Shown piece after piece: positions 39,399 through 54,202 of a stretch of DNA of 64,000 nt. Position 1 is the first letter of the stretch; each line of letters opens with the position of its first letter. Source of the stretch: Octopus vulgaris (lineage: Eukaryota); the NCBI GenBank assembly GCA_951406725.2, contig OX597816.1:74648001-74712000 (forward strand), written 5' to 3'. The translations under genes and the position numbers were made by a program. The notes beneath the pieces were generated by a model. It was not told the DNA's origin, searched no databases, and saw nothing but the letters and a program-made list of their open reading frames with translations.

Positions 39399-40145
39399 GA
39401 AGAAGAAGAAAAAGAAGAAGAAAAAAGAAGAAGAAGAAGAAGAAGAAGAAGAAGAAGAAGAAGAAGAAGACGATGATGATGATGATGATGATGATGATGA
39501 GGATGATGATGATGATGATTAGCAGGTGATTTGGTGGAAAAGGCGGATGTTAATGAACTTTAGCGGTCTTAGTAAGAATATGTGTTAACCGGACTGTTAT
39601 AAATTGGATATATTAAAGAAAGAAGAGGAAAATAGTTTCAAGGAGATACATCATGTAAGAATAGATGTTATTGGCCCAAGAATCGTTAACTAAGGTAAGG
39701 ATAAAAGGTGCCGAAATTGGAAAGTACGAAGAAACAAGTAAAATCATATTTTTCAGTCAAGCCAGAAACGTTCAGTTGATATTCTTGATAGTAGAAGATT
39801 CAATACCGGAGAGGACAAATTCTTGGGGTAGGAAATTTAGGATAAAACTGCGAGGCTCTGTAATAAATCACAGTTGATAAATATGACAGTTACAGTGCAA
39901 AATGTTACGGTCAGATGGATTTCAGGAAAGCGTACATTCGAAAGCAATTGCAAAAGGTGGTCTGAGCTTGTCAATGACCACTGGCTGAAAGAGTTAACAA
40001 GTTTTCATGAAACCACAATGATAGCGCTAGAAGGCGTGTATCGAAGCTCGATAATAAATCAGAGTTGATATATATGAAAATTGAAGACAATGTGTCTACT
40101 ACTATTATTATCATTATTATTATTATTATTATTATTATTAGTAGT

Positions 40146-40197
<52 letters not shown>

Positions 40198-40419
40198 CAA
40201 TCAATTAACCATTTAACTAATTAATTGTTTGATTAATCGTTCTGTCAATTAATCAATCAGATAGGTTTGTCACGACCTCATCAATGACATATTCTCTCTA
40301 TTCCAGATCTGCTTCAGATCAAAACCAATTAAATAATAATAATAAAAGATGTGAAATAGAGCCAGTGCGTGTGTTTGTTATTGGCATAATGACCTTCCCG
40401 AGAAACAATAAACTATGTT

Positions 40420-40850
40420 TCAATACATAAGTTTACATCAAGAATCTTGTGAACCAAATACAAAACTGAAGTATACTAACAGAAACATCTAAATACACGA
40501 TGAACAGAAAAACTGTCAAACAAAGAGAAAGGAAACAAAAGACGATAAGATTATTTTTTCAAAATTGCTGAAAGACAATAACAAATATACATTGTGTGGA
40601 TTGGTTATAGAAAGTCTCACATTTAGAACAAGAGCTGATTAGATCTCCTAGAAAATGCAATGCGAACATGGTGGACAGAGTTGACATCTGGACTAGAAAG
40701 ATTAGCAAATAAACAGATTAGGAGGGGAATCTTTCAAGGGGTCTGTCTCTCTCCTAGCTTGAATCTAATAGTATAGAACCCTTTTTCAGTTATACTAAAC
40801 AAAGCTAAGAAAGAATATCCGTTGCGAAAGGATAAAGAAAAAAAATTAAT
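40420..40850 (+). mobile_element. Decayed non-LTR RT fragment (R4/Dong-like)
   Basis: IRRGIFQG motif near 40717-40740. Confidence 0.55.
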
Positions 40851-40981
40851 CTTGTGGCAGAACACAAAGGGGGCAACATATAATTAACGAATGGTTCGTC
40901 AGCTTACGATGAATACTTCAAATTTTGAATTATTACATTTCTAAATATCTCAGAGAGATATAGGCAGTAGTGGTACGATAC

Positions 40982-41104
40982 AGTAGTTGTATACTGTCAA
41001 CTTAATGTGATAGTCCCATGAAGGGAATCACACCTAGGGTTAAATAGCAGTGATGCGATTCCCTTCATGGGACTGTCACATTAAGTTGACGGTATATAAC
41101 TACT
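40982..41104. repeat. Fold-back palindrome with ~50-bp arms
   Basis: agtagttgtatactgtcaacttaatgtgatagtcccatgaagggaatc and its reverse complement. Confidence 0.85.
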
Positions 41105-42639
41105 TCAAATTTTGTTATGGTAGAAACATTTGCAATATTCACACTGTTACCTTGCTTCAGACAATTCTCTTTCTTTCACATTCCACGCTTTCACAACCAC
41201 ATCGACTTGGTTAATACATATACATATAATCATATGTGTGTATATATATATATATATGTACACAACTCCTAAATTGGTCGTCTTGTACCGTGAATACAAG
41301 CTTAGAGAGGATTCTTTGAATGCTATGATAATTACTTAAATTCTTTCGCACCAACATACTTTTATAGAACATCGTTGGGTTCCCTCTGTCAAGTTGTCTG
41401 ATTACATGCTCGTAGATTTATTTACTTATTCATTTGTATATTAATTCATTTTTGCTCCAGTTTTGACTGATGAAACAGTGAACATGATATGAGGAAGTTT
41501 GCTGATACTGTTGCAGCATAGCTTTAAGATAAATATTTTGTAATTACATTCATAATGTGGATTGGCAGAACGTGTAGAGCCCCGTTCAAAATATTATTGA
41601 GTGTTTCTTTTTTCTTTCCAGTTTTTTTTTTCTTTTTTAATAGAGGTGTCATAGACGCAAGGCAAGCACCCTTAACACTTTCCAGAGCCTCCGACAATGG
41701 CAGTCGGAAAGACGGAAGCCTAGAGGCCGAAAATCTAGCCCGAACGCTTACAATAGAAGTGATTCCGCTAAAGTTATCCTTAGGCCAGATAGTGGCGCTA
41801 AACCGGACAACGGAGAGGGTCGTCCTCGCAGCATGATGGGCCCCTAGACAGACCAATGCGCATACATATATCATATTTAGACCCCGTAGACCCGTGGGCT
41901 CCCCGGGCAGCTGCACACAGTGCCATGTGTTAAGACAGCACTAGCGAAGAGCTAAGTTTATTACTGTAAACAGGAATGTCCTTCCGGTGCTGGTATTCCA
42001 CAATTTTCATCTACAAAGTTTAACTGACAGCGCTTTGAACTTGGACATTCAAAGAACTGTCAGAATGCAACTTGGAAAATATTTCCTCGGGATGCTGTTC
42101 TGTGGCATTGGGCCTGAAACTTCGTAGCTATGAAGTAAAATTCTTATTCACGACAACAGTTATGTCTGCATTCATTTTTCTATGTCCTGATTCGTTGGTG
42201 TCGACATTGCCTTTCATTCTTCTAGGATAAAATACTAGTCATATAGTGTGGTTCCTTTAATTAATCTCGTCCTTTACCAATACTTGTAGTCTTACATTAA
42301 ACTTAGAAATTATAACCAATTTATATGAAACTATCATTGGTTGAGTTCCTCAAGCGTAATATATCATGTAAGAGGGATTGTTTATTTAACACTATTTTAT
42401 AAATTAAAAGTAGTGACAATTTTCTTAGCATTTAATTTGATAATTATTTATGATAGCCTGTTAGATGCTTATACTATAAATTTTTTTTGTTCTTGTATTT
42501 TCCTCGGAGTTACGTAAAATTTCTTCTTAAAGAGCTTTGGAAACTTTTGTAGACTTTCTGTTGTTGTTGTTATTATTGTTATTGTTGCTATTGCTGTTGT
42601 TGCTGCTGTAGACCGTTATGGTTTAGCACCAGGGCTATT

Positions 42640-42872
42640 TCTATTTCTTTACTACCCACAAGGGGCTAAACACAGAGGGGACAAACAAGGACAGACAAAT
42701 GGATTAAGTTGATTACATCGACCCCAGTGTGTAACTGGTACTTATTTAATCGACCCCGAAAGGATGAAGGGTAAAGTCGACCTCGGTGGAATTCGAACTC
42801 AGAACGTAACGGCAGACGAAATACGGCTAAGCATTTCGTCCGGCGTGCTAACGATTCTGTCAGCTCGCCGCC
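42640..42872 (-). mobile_element. SINE family B, full length
   Basis: Homologous to 11148-11378. Confidence 0.9.
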
Positions 42873-43073
42873 TCTATGACTGTTATTTCTGACAGGTTGA
42901 GCGGCCGTGTAGAGGCTCCCTCGTTGACTCGTTTCTTCAATTTACTTATTGGTCAAATGTTTGATTATTCCGAAAAAATTGTGTCCATCGATCAATCAGT
43001 GGACCCTATTGTCCTCAAAATGTGGACAGATGAGAAGATTTGAAGTTGTATGCTTCAATGTTTTTATTGATAA

Positions 43074-43469
43074 CTAGCAGTATCGCCCGGCGTTGCTCGG
43101 GTTGTAAGGGAAATAACTATATAAGCATTTTTAGAGAGTTATAGCCAAAAAATAGCAAAAAAATGCATTAAAAATTGAAAAAAAATTAAGGTAAAATTTT
43201 TTTTTAAATCGTTGACACATCGTAGATATTTTTAGAGAGTTACTTCCCTTATATAAAAGCTAAAAAAATGCATTCAAATGGAAAAATATGATGGTAAATT
43301 TTTTTTAAATCGTAGACTCATCGTAGACGCGCGCTAATACCCAGAAGGGCTCGATATGAATCACGACTATAAGATACCCGCTTTTGGTTAAACTGCACGG
43401 CAAAATGTGGGAGTAGTTAGGAATCTAAATCGAAGGGGACAGACACACAACTTCACTCTTATATAAAGA
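43074..43469 (-). mobile_element. Non-autonomous Helitron
   Basis: 5'-TC, 3' hairpin cccgagcaacgccggg and CTAG end; second copy at 57677-58070. Confidence 0.85.
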
Positions 43470-43974
43470 TGCTTATTTTTTTTCAGTCATAGAGTTAGAT
43501 TTATGAAGGTCTTCAGTAGAAAATCCTTCGAATTCTGACTCGCTGCTTGATATAATGAAATTCGTATCCATTTTTTGTCAGAATTACAAATTTTGAAAAC
43601 ACAATAGGAACAAATTTCGAAAAAAATCTCCCATAATTCACGGAATTAAAATTACACTTCGATTTTTGTACAAAACTGTATTTGAAGTGTTTACGAAGTA
43701 TAATACGTGTTTTCACGAATGTACTAAAGAGATTTACTCTGATATTCTCATTTAAATATGAATAGGTAAATTCGGGCGGTTTGGTAACGAAAGGGTTTAT
43801 ATAAGTGTCGTCTGTTTATACATAAACACTGTTTCATACTTTCAGTTTAGTCTTGCTCAAATCACTGTCGCTAATTTACTCTCTTCCAAGAAAATTTTCA
43901 CTCACTGTTATCTGTTAGCTTCCCATACATTTTACTCATGTATCTATCAGCGTGATAGACAGAAACAAATATTA

Positions 43975-44250
43975 CATTTACTTTCATTTTATTCGTCGCA
44001 CACTGTGTGTGTATGCGTTTGCGTGTGGTGTAAACCAGACTAAGAAAAGCATTTGACACACACACCAGAATGTGAGTTTTCTGTAAATTTTGCTTAATTG
44101 GAGTTTAAATTTTAAAAACTGGACCTGGCATGACGCGATGCATTGTACTCTCAAAAATGCTAGGTAAATTGTAATTGAAGAAATCCTATATTGTAGATTT
44201 GTATAACTCCCAAAGGGAGGCAGATAAAATCTGCCTTTTATAATAAGAGA
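43975..44250 (-). mobile_element. Helitron-like 5' segment (second family)
   Basis: Reverse complement of 56018-56285; begins TCTTATTATAAAAGG. Confidence 0.65.
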
Positions 44251-44287
44251 TTATATATATGAATAACTGAAACAGAGTTTTACAAAT

Positions 44288-44449
44288 AGGCACAGGCGTG
44301 GCAATGTGTTAAGAAGATTGCTTCCCAACCACATAGTTTCAGGTTCATTCCACTGCATGACGCCTTGAGCAAGTGTCTTCTACTAAAGCCTCGGGTCGAC
44401 CAAAGCCTTGTGAGTGGATTTGGTAGACGGAAATTGAAAGAAGCCCGTT
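44288..44449 (+). mobile_element. SINE family A, 5' half
   Basis: taggcacaggcgtggc..gtgagtggatttggtagacgg. Confidence 0.85.
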
Positions 44450-45124
44450 GTGTATTTACATATGTATATAACTATGTGTATGTAACTTTGTGCGTTAGGT
44501 CATTTCAATAATCTGCAACTTTCAATGAATTATACAATCTAAAGTCAAGCTGATTTCTACAGTAAACATGATATAATGTGTCACTCATTTCATTTAAGAA
44601 GGTTGTACCACTTAAATCGAAAGTTGAGGTACCATATTTAAAAATGATACTACCGAAGTTGAAAGGGATCCCACAGTGTCTGTGACATTACAGAGGTCAG
44701 AAAATGGTAGAAACAAATTCGAATTTTTCGAATGCAATTAACACTACCTCAATAACATTTTACTCAGAAGTTTTCTGCCACCGGATATTTCCTCACATAT
44801 AATCAACGCTTATATGAAACTTTATCGGGGTTTCATTTTTTAAAAATTTCATGCTATAATCTGTATGGCTATCGTTAATTGCGATAAGAGCACCTAAAAC
44901 AACAGTAACATTTCAATTACCGGAATGGTTTATATAACGGAAATTTTAGCTCGTCTTACGAATGAAAGTGAAATCTGTTCTACTGCCAAAGAAAACCTCA
45001 ATTTATACCTCTAGCCATAAGAAGGGATTAGCTTCCGAATATTCTCACGTATTACCAATTGCACCCTTTATTATGACAAATGTGTTTTATCGCAAACTAA
45101 GCACTGCTGAATGCAAACGCATTT

Positions 45125-45168
<44 letters not shown>

Positions 45169-46115
45169 GTGTGTGTGTGTATACTTGGAAATGGATGCGT
45201 GACATTCAATTAGATAATAATAATAAATAATATGTGTGTGTGTGTGTGTGTGTGTAACGACGCTCGAAATGAGTAGATAGACAGCTGAAGAGTCGTCCTG
45301 TTTACCATTTTTTCTCTTGTTGTTTACGTACTTAACTCGCTTGTTTACGTATTTCATGTTGTTTGCACAGTTGGTGACGTCCTGTACCCATATATGCCTA
45401 TATATATATGCATATATATATGCATATATGTATGCATATATATATGCATGTATATATATATATATATATATGCATATATATATGCATATATATATGAATA
45501 TATATATGCATGTATATATATATATATGCATATATATATGCATACATATATGCATATATATATGCATGTATATATATATATATATATATGCATGTATATT
45601 TATATATATATACGCGTCTATAAAAATACATGTATGTATGTATACGCTGCAATACGGACGCTGTACAAGCTCAAATATGATTAAAATATCATGTAACAAA
45701 ATACAGAGTAGATTATTTTACTTTTGCGATAGTCAGTAGTGATCATACTCAAAATAAAGGACCCTAGACATGAATAAAAAAAAAAAGGCTACACAATGCA
45801 GATCTATTAGTGCTAACCTCAAATCTACTACTTACACATGATATACATCACTTAAAAGCATATCAAGTGATAAATTGATGCTATAACGAACCCATCATCT
45901 CACCTTACTAAATATTTCTTTCGTTTTTTGCAAGTTAACTCACTGCTTTTTCAAGGAGTACATTTTTATAAATACTAGTATCAAATATCTTCATTTGAAA
46001 CGTGTCCTGTAATGAGGTCTGTAATGACCTATTATTTTATATAGTTCATAAGCTAAACAACGATTTCAATCTTTAGAAGTTGAAATATTAAATTCTCAAT
46101 ATTAAATACATTATA

Positions 46116-46681
46116 TTGGGTTGTCCGGAAAGTTCGTGCCGATTTATTGCAGCTTAACTTTCGACTTATTTTAGAACATGGTTGAGTCCATGAAATAAGA
46201 TTTGACTACACTTCCATTCAGAGCACAGTTTAAGCTATCTTTTCGTGGAAAAATGTTTATATTCCTATAACCTGTGTTAATTCTGTAACCCTTTAAAATG
46301 GAAGATAAGAAAGTTCATTCTCGGCACTTGATGCTTTGGGAACCAGACAAAAATGGCTGCAGCTCGGCTGGGATGTGTTACCCCACCCTCCATATTCACC
46401 AGATGTTGCTCATTCGGATTTCCACTTATTCAGGTATCTACAGAATAGTCTTAATGGTAAAAATTTCAATTCCTTGGAAGACGTAAAAAGATACTTTGAT
46501 GAATTCTTTGCCATGAAACCACCTCAATTCTGGGAAGAGGATATTTTCTAGTGAAAGGAAAGATGGAGACGCATTGTGCAATAAAATGGTTCATATTTGG
46601 TTGATTAAAAATGTAATGGCAAATATTTATTGACCTTTTTCTTTCCTTTAAAAATTGGCACGAACTTTCCGGACAACCCAA
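46116..46681 (+). mobile_element. Internally deleted mariner element
   Basis: TA TSDs; TIR ttgggttgtccggaaagttcgtgcc; HPPYSPDVAHSDFHLF motif. Confidence 0.92.
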
Positions 46682-47046
46682 TACTATAGGCAAAAGGGCT
46701 TAAATTCGTGGGGTGGGCTTTATCTGGTTACATCAGCCTTAGTGCTCAACTGGTGTTTATTTTATTGACCACAAAATGATAAAAGGCAAAGTAGATTTCA
46801 GGGGGAATTTGAAATCAAACCGTAAAGCCGGAAGACATGCTCGAAGCATTTTGTCTCGTGTGTTAACGATTCTGCAAGCTCGTTACGTTAAGTTCTCATT
46901 ATTTAAACAAGCACAGTTGCAAAGAGCTATTTAACTCTGTGGCTAAGAAGTTCCTTTCGCAACAGCATGGTTCCAATTTCGATGACACTAGGCAGCACTT
47001 CGGTCAAGTATCCTCAGCCATAACTTCTTGTTCACTTAAACTTTGA

Positions 47047-47292
<246 letters not shown>

Positions 47293-47719
47293 TAAGCAAC
47301 TTCTGTACCTTTTTATTAAGTCTAGTACTTAGGCTTTCGACTCTTTTGTCGAACCTCTAAGTTAAGGAAATGTCAAAAACCAACATCAAGCGATATGGGG
47401 ACAAGCATATAGTACTATAGATACATTTCAATCAATCATATTAATTGCTTTCGAACCGGATATTACATAACACCACGGTTTAGTGATATCACGTACTCTT
47501 CAGAGATTGTATGTCTATAAAAATATGGCGACAGTTTTCTGTTATTATGGGTAAGAAATGTTACATTCGGGTGGGGTACTGTGAAAAATGGTGAAGCGAA
47601 GGAACAACACACTACCGTAATGACTGGTGTGGGATTAAATAATAAATTTATAGATGGAATTTGTGTATACAGGCTACAAGGGGTATTTAAGGACACTTAA
47701 TTATTGGTACATTACTCTC

Positions 47720-48790
47720 TTCAGGCCAATTAGAATGTTTTGTTGCTTTCAGATCCCCAGTGGCAGGTAAAATGCAAACAGGAAATGAAAAGACATGCCG
47801 TCATAGTTGTCATATGTGCGGAACACAACCGATTTGGAATTTGCCAACTTTCTAAATGCTGCATGATCTTTTGTACACAAGTTCAGGCGGAAGTGGAAGC
47901 CTCTGACAGGAATGTTTCAGCTGTATCAGAGAGTAAAAGCATTATAAACGTTCGGACACTTTAAGGACACTGCGATTCGTCTAACGGGTACAAAGAATAT
48001 CGATGATGATCCAAAAAAATCAATGAGGCCCATTGCTAAAGAACTTCAAGTATTAGAGTGGACTATCAAAACTGTGGTGCACGAATGCATTCGATACAAG
48101 CCTTAAGTACTGAGAAGAAGTCAATTCATGTCTGCAAAGACACAGGAACATAGTTTGACACTTACTAAATGGTTACTTACCAAAGTTAAAAGTATGGCAT
48201 GTTTTGGTGGCATGCCTTGATTCTTCTTTGATGAGAAAAACTTCGACTAAGACCAAAAGTCTAACAGGAGAAATTGTGATGGTTTTAGGAGTGGTGAAAA
48301 ACGCAGGACACGTCATACCATGTCACACCTTTCCACATGGTTACACAATGTTGTATGATACATTGAAGTGTTGGATATAGTGGTTAAGCCCTGTATGGCT
48401 GAAGTATGCAGTGGAGGACCAAACTCGTTTCAACAAGACTCAATATCTTCTCACAAAGCCCACGTAACCCAAGAACGAATATCAAGCAATATTTATGATT
48501 ACGTAATACGAAACTTCTGGCTTCCAAACCCACCAGATTTACTATGTTTGGAGCGATGTTGAAAGAGAGACTAATCGATATCCTCACTATACCATAGCTT
48601 GGCTGAAGGCTACCATGACCGAAACGAATATGGACCATTTAGTGGAGATATATCAATGATTTCGCCCCCACATTGAAACAGTCATCGAAGATGAAAGTGA
48701 GTTCATAGAATAATCCTTTTAAGAAACTTTGTCTAGAACATGTGTACATATCTTTTTATTAAAATACATTTGATTTTTGCTGGTTTAGAG
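47720..48790 (+). mobile_element. Decayed DD37D/maT-like transposon
   Basis: FFDEKNFD and FQQDSISSHKAHVTQ..FWLPNPPDL; many stops. Confidence 0.75.
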
Positions 48791-49924
48791 TTGTTTTATT
48801 AAATTACCAAGTATATCGTCAAATATGTATCGCAACCCGTATCTTCTGATATTCATCTTTGCACAGTTATGCGAATATATGAAATTTGCTTTGTATACAT
48901 GCTTTATGTCTGATTCTGTTTTACTCCGAGAAACATAAGATGTAAGAATATGTATGCTTATTGGGCCTCCGTCGGTCAATATTAATCATGCGTCTGTACA
49001 TGTATGTGCAAACCTTAGCAAGATTTCCTTAAGGAGGCCTATCAGTTGCCCATTCATGCAAGTTTCCTTTCTCAATGCCACCAATGTTTCATAAAAGCAA
49101 ATACTGCCGACTTTGGCTAATTCAACTTGGCACCAGACCTTTCTTTCATAGCGTCATGATCTGGAACAATTAATGCAAGGTAGCTCACCCGACTGTCCAA
49201 CTTCTGCCAATCGACTGCCCTGGATTCGTACTTTTGTAACAAAATTGTCACCGGCGGAATATGAACTCAGAACACAGAAAATTAGAGCAAATACAGTGAA
49301 GCATTCGATCCAACACTCTAACAACCTTACCAATTCGCTGCCATGTATATTTTTGTATATATGTTTGATTACTAAAGACTCAAAAATCATTACAGTAATA
49401 ACCATTATATATTCATGTATAAATGTTTGTTCTTAATTGCATCACATTCAAGAAACCTAAAATGTTTAAGTAGCATATAATGTAATTTAAAAAGAAACAG
49501 AAATCTCAAGACTGGAACTCTCAGACAGTGTTGAAAACAACGTTCAGAGTTTCTTAGTTTCCAAGATTATTGTCAGACAGCATATTATGCAAGTCACTTC
49601 TACAAATAGAATACATATTCATTTTCTTGCACCGAAGTTCAACTACCTATAAGTTCTGCTAAATTCCATTTTGTTTTCGAATTATGCCTAATCTTTTTCC
49701 ATATTATCAAAATCAAATCATCTTAGAAAATAGATTTTGCTTTAGAAGCGAAACTTCTATTAATTCTTTGAGTGTTTCTATTTCCGTTTCTTGAGAATCT
49801 GCTCTTTGCCAAAGTAATTACTCCAACTTCTATATAATCATCTATTTTGACTTATCTTTATCTATGTTTTGGTTTATGTTTCGCTCTTCTCAACAAAAGA
49901 AACTTTTGAGTGCAGTAGAGGATA

Positions 49925-50004
<80 letters not shown>

Positions 50005-50005
<1 letters not shown>

Positions 50006-50170
50006 GGTGGCGAGCTGGTAGAATCGTTAGCACACTGGGCAAAATGTTTAGCGATATTTCGTCTGTCTTTTCGTTCTAAGTTCAAATTCTGCCGAAGTCA
50101 ACTTTGCCCTTCATCCTTTTGGGGTCGGTAAAATAAAGTACCAGCCTAGTACCAGGGTTGATAAATCGAC
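50005..50170 (+). mobile_element. SINE family B after (TTA)n
   Basis: ggtggcgagctggtagaatcgttagc. Confidence 0.8.
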
Positions 50171-50698
50171 TTCAATTTGCCCCCATTGAACGAACAGAAC
50201 CTGTCAACAACAACAACACACCATCTCAAATAACAACACCAATACAACAACCCCATTATGTTCATCATCATCACCATCACAACCATCATCACCACAGACA
50301 TAACCAAGAGCACAAATACCTGTGAATCCCAAGATACCCGTAAACCAGAAGCTACAACAATAAAGAAACATAAACTTCACTGCTATAAACACGAACAACA
50401 AAACACTAAAGGAATACAGAAACCAATGCCCAGACATCACTCAGGCCGAGCTCATCACTCTAACAAACGACACGCATGAAAATCATCCAAACAGCACAAA
50501 ACAGATACAACGCCATGAATAAACAAATACCTCGGAGAAATAGGGGACTGCAGAGGGAGCATCAACAAAACCTATTATGAACTCCTTGTGGAAACAACAA
50601 CATGTAACACCAGTGGGACGGAACAGATGTCACCCTGACAAACAAAATTGTTGTAAGTGGCTACTTTTAACTTCCTTTATCTTCATGAACATGATACC

Positions 50699-51400
50699 TC
50701 GCTCAGAATAGACAGTATGAATACATATGGCCTGGGGTCTCCTAGGAAGCAGGCCTATCTACTCAACGATCTCAGTTTATTAAACATAGATGTGGTGGTC
50801 CTCAGCAAAACCAGGTTTTCCTACCCACAAACCCTTGGATACATTTTCGGTGGATACAAGTTCTACTTATGTCGATCGGAATTTGCGCTGAATTGCTGTG
50901 TTGTTTCGGAAAGATCTTGATTTCACAATACGGACCATCTGTTTGGACGTAGAGGATAATTGGTGGTATTGAACTTATAAGGAAGGCCATATCTTCAGAC
51001 TCGTAGCCATGTACGGCATAACAGGGGCCGGGCGACAGGATTTCTTTAGCCATCTAGAGTGTTTAATGGGGAAGCCATGCTTTTTAGTGCCTAGTAAGAG
51101 ATTGGAGCAGTATCTTAAATGCACGATTGGACTGTGTGAGCTATCCGATAGAAGAGGTTGTGCAAAAGCCTCACAAACTTGCACAGAGGCTTCGAACTGT
51201 CTGATAAAACCAAACTGGATATTCCGAAAGTGAAATGTGGACTTGGACAAACTGCATTGGGTCATTCAGATTGCATCTAAATAGAGTATTCTATAAACCT
51301 GTAGATAGGGATAACATGTGTTGTCCACAATTCAGTTTCACACATTATTGGCTATAAGGAGAATTTTCTCCGAGACTGTTTCTGCAGTGAACGGTCTTCA
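50699..51400 (+). mobile_element. Decayed L1/Tx1-like APE endonuclease region
   Basis: LRIDSMNTYGLGSPRKQAYLLNDL..IDVVVLSKTR resembles the N.RGL..DV..LQETR N-terminus. Confidence 0.65.
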
Positions 51401-51509
51401 CAGGTCCGAGTGTACACGAAATGAACGTGTTAAATATGATTGCACACACATACACATATATGTACATGCGCACGCAGATACACACACAAACACACACAAA
51501 CACACACAC

Positions 51510-51568
<59 letters not shown>

Positions 51569-52404
51569 ACGGGATGCTAATAGTGGTGAAGAGAAGTTTT
51601 CAATTTATTACTTCTTAAAACCTACTCAAGCACAGTGTTATCTCAAATCATAATGTGACTTCCATGTTTTGTACCTAAAATCCAGTAATATATTTTATCT
51701 TATCTTTTTTCCTTACTCTCGTCAAATTTTGACCTTGATGTTTTGTATTAAATTTCCCTCATTATACACAAATAAATACGTTATTTCGGTAAATAACATT
51801 TTTTCACTGTCTCCTTATCTCATCAGACTATCTTATATACACATTCCCTTGAAATATAATGGTAAATGGTCCTTGACTAATAAAAGATTTTGCTCAGTCT
51901 TTTTATCTTTTTTCTGCCAGAAACTTTTTTTTCTGTGACCATTAATAATACATTTACTAATAAATTAGCAGTGTGTCTCCTATCTTTTTGCCCGTCACTC
52001 TGGTATACACATCAAAGACCATTGGTAAGCCATAGTACTTTCACTGTCTGCGGAACACTAACAGGTCGTTTAGTAAGTTGAATTACTCAGTAGAGATCTA
52101 CATAAGTTTGTACTTTTTACTAGTAAATTGTTATAGATATATTTTTGCGTGATTTTGTTACATATTATCACATATGTATTTTGTTTTATTATTTATTAAA
52201 TGGTAAATAGGCGCATGTATTTTGACTAGCTAATCCTTTTAATAGTAAAATTTGCTGCAGACAATTTAGCTACAATACTGAATATTTATCACCTGTGGAT
52301 GTACTACAGGAACCAATAGTCTATAAATATTGAAGAAGAAGAAGAAGAAGAAGAAGAAGAAGAAGAAGAAGAAGAAGAAGAAGAAGAAGAAGAAGAAGAA
52401 GAAG

Positions 52405-52435
<31 letters not shown>

Positions 52436-52514
52436 GGCGATGGTGAGTGCATGTGGAAAAGTAATATTTTTTATAATTGAACTGAGTTTTTTTATATCAC
52501 CTATCATTTAACGC

Positions 52515-52787
52515 ATGCGCATCCCAAACTTGCCATTCACTTTAAAAAGAAACCAATTTCCCGTTTGCCTGTCATATACTATGACTATCAATAAATCACA
52601 AGGGTATACATTTGATAAAGTGGGGCTATTCTTGCCTGAACCTGCATTTGGTCATGATCAACTATATATTGCATTCTCAAAAGCTCGCAAATTATCTGAT
52701 GTTAAAGTTATCAACACTGACAAACAAAGGAAAAGAAGAAGGAGAACTTACATGAAGAACATAGTTTGTAAAGAAGTATTGGGCTGA
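52515..52787 (+). pseudogene. Helitron PIF1-like helicase C-terminal fragment
   Basis: RNQFPVCLSYTMTINKSQG..VGLFLPEPAFGHDQLYIAFSK..NIVCKEVL. Confidence 0.88.
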
Positions 52788-53086
52788 AAGGTCTATAAAA
52801 AATTTTAATGTGTATTGGCTCTGACCCATTGCCTTGTCTTATGAGTTAGCAACGATGTGATTTTCAGAGTATGCCATGTTACATTAAAGTTTTACTCCCA
52901 TGAAATTATGATCCCTATATTTTACATACAAAATAATTTCTTTTACTCTAAAACTTTTTCTAGATATGAAATTGTGGTCATGTAAATTTTAAATTGTAAA
53001 TTTTCTCTGTTCATGGGGGAAATGGAAAAATAGGAGTGAATCTTTATTTTATGAGTGTTGTACAAGTCTATAAAATTGTGCATAAA

Positions 53087-53169
<83 letters not shown>

Positions 53170-53197
53170 GCATTAAGCAATCATCGTATTCCAATTT

Positions 53198-53367
53198 CAT
53201 GAAACCACCTCAATTCTGGGAAGAGGGTATTTTCAAGTTAAAGGAAAGATGGAGATGCATTGTGCAACAAAATGGTTCATACTTGGTTGATTAAAAATGT
53301 AATGGCAAGTATTTATTGACCTTTTTCTTTCCTTTAAAAATCGGCACGAACTTTCCGGACAAACCAA
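53198..53367 (+). mobile_element. 3' fragment of the same mariner as 46116-46681
   Basis: Near identical to ~46512-46681 incl. TIR. Confidence 0.9.
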
Positions 53368-53919
53368 TAATTCCATGAAATATTCACGGGTCCCGCTACT
53401 TTAAATTCATTCTTTCTACTATAGGTACGAGGTCTGAAACTTTGGGGAAGAGGGCTAGTCGCTTACATCAACCCCAATGCCCCATCTACCTCGAAAGAAC
53501 GAAAAACAAAGTTGGCCTCGGTGGCATTTGAACCAGAACATAAAATCAGAAAAAATGCTACTTAGCTTTTTGCCCAGCGTGCAAACAATTCACCAGCTCG
53601 CCGCCGATATTAATTTGATATTAATATATTTAGATGAGAGTAATATATATTTTAATTGACCCTAAAGAGGATAATAAATAAGTTAGCATCGAGATTTGAA
53701 CTTAAACAAAATATAGTAGTTAAAGTACAGCAAGTCATGCGAGGTAATGAAAAAAGATATATCGTTGGTCGACTTGCTTTAAAAATAGCAGCTAAGTTTC
53801 CTTCATATTACAATCTACCGTATCATATAAGAACAGGTTTCATTTGATAATATAGCCTGTATATGTCTGAAAAAAAAACGAGACGGTCACGAATGGTATT
53901 TTTTATTATATTTTTTATA

Positions 53920-54190
53920 CGCCTTTTTCAAGCCTAGCCAGGCTCATAGGCCCGGTTTCCCGGTTTCTGTGGCGTATGTGTTCCCCGCCAGTCCATCGCA
54001 GCGTTACTCAAGAAACAGGAAAAGAGAGTGAGAGAAAGTTGGAATGAAAGAGTACAACAGGGGTCGCCACCACCCCTGTCGGAGCCTCGTGGAGCTTTAG
54101 ATGTTTTTTTTCAATAAACACACACTACGCCCGGTCTGGGAATTGAAACCGCGAGTCCGCTGCCCCTACCACTGAGCCATTGCGCCTCCA
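53920..54190 (-). mobile_element. SINE family C
   Basis: Reverse complement of 1833-2130. Confidence 0.85.
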
Positions 54191-54202
54191 CAAATAAATG
54201 CA

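Noticed and set aside
45097-45739. Long overlapping ORFs (up to 200 aa)
   Set aside because: Stop-free (TA)/(TGCA) microsatellite; the same applies to the many YIYI/MYVC/THTH ORFs
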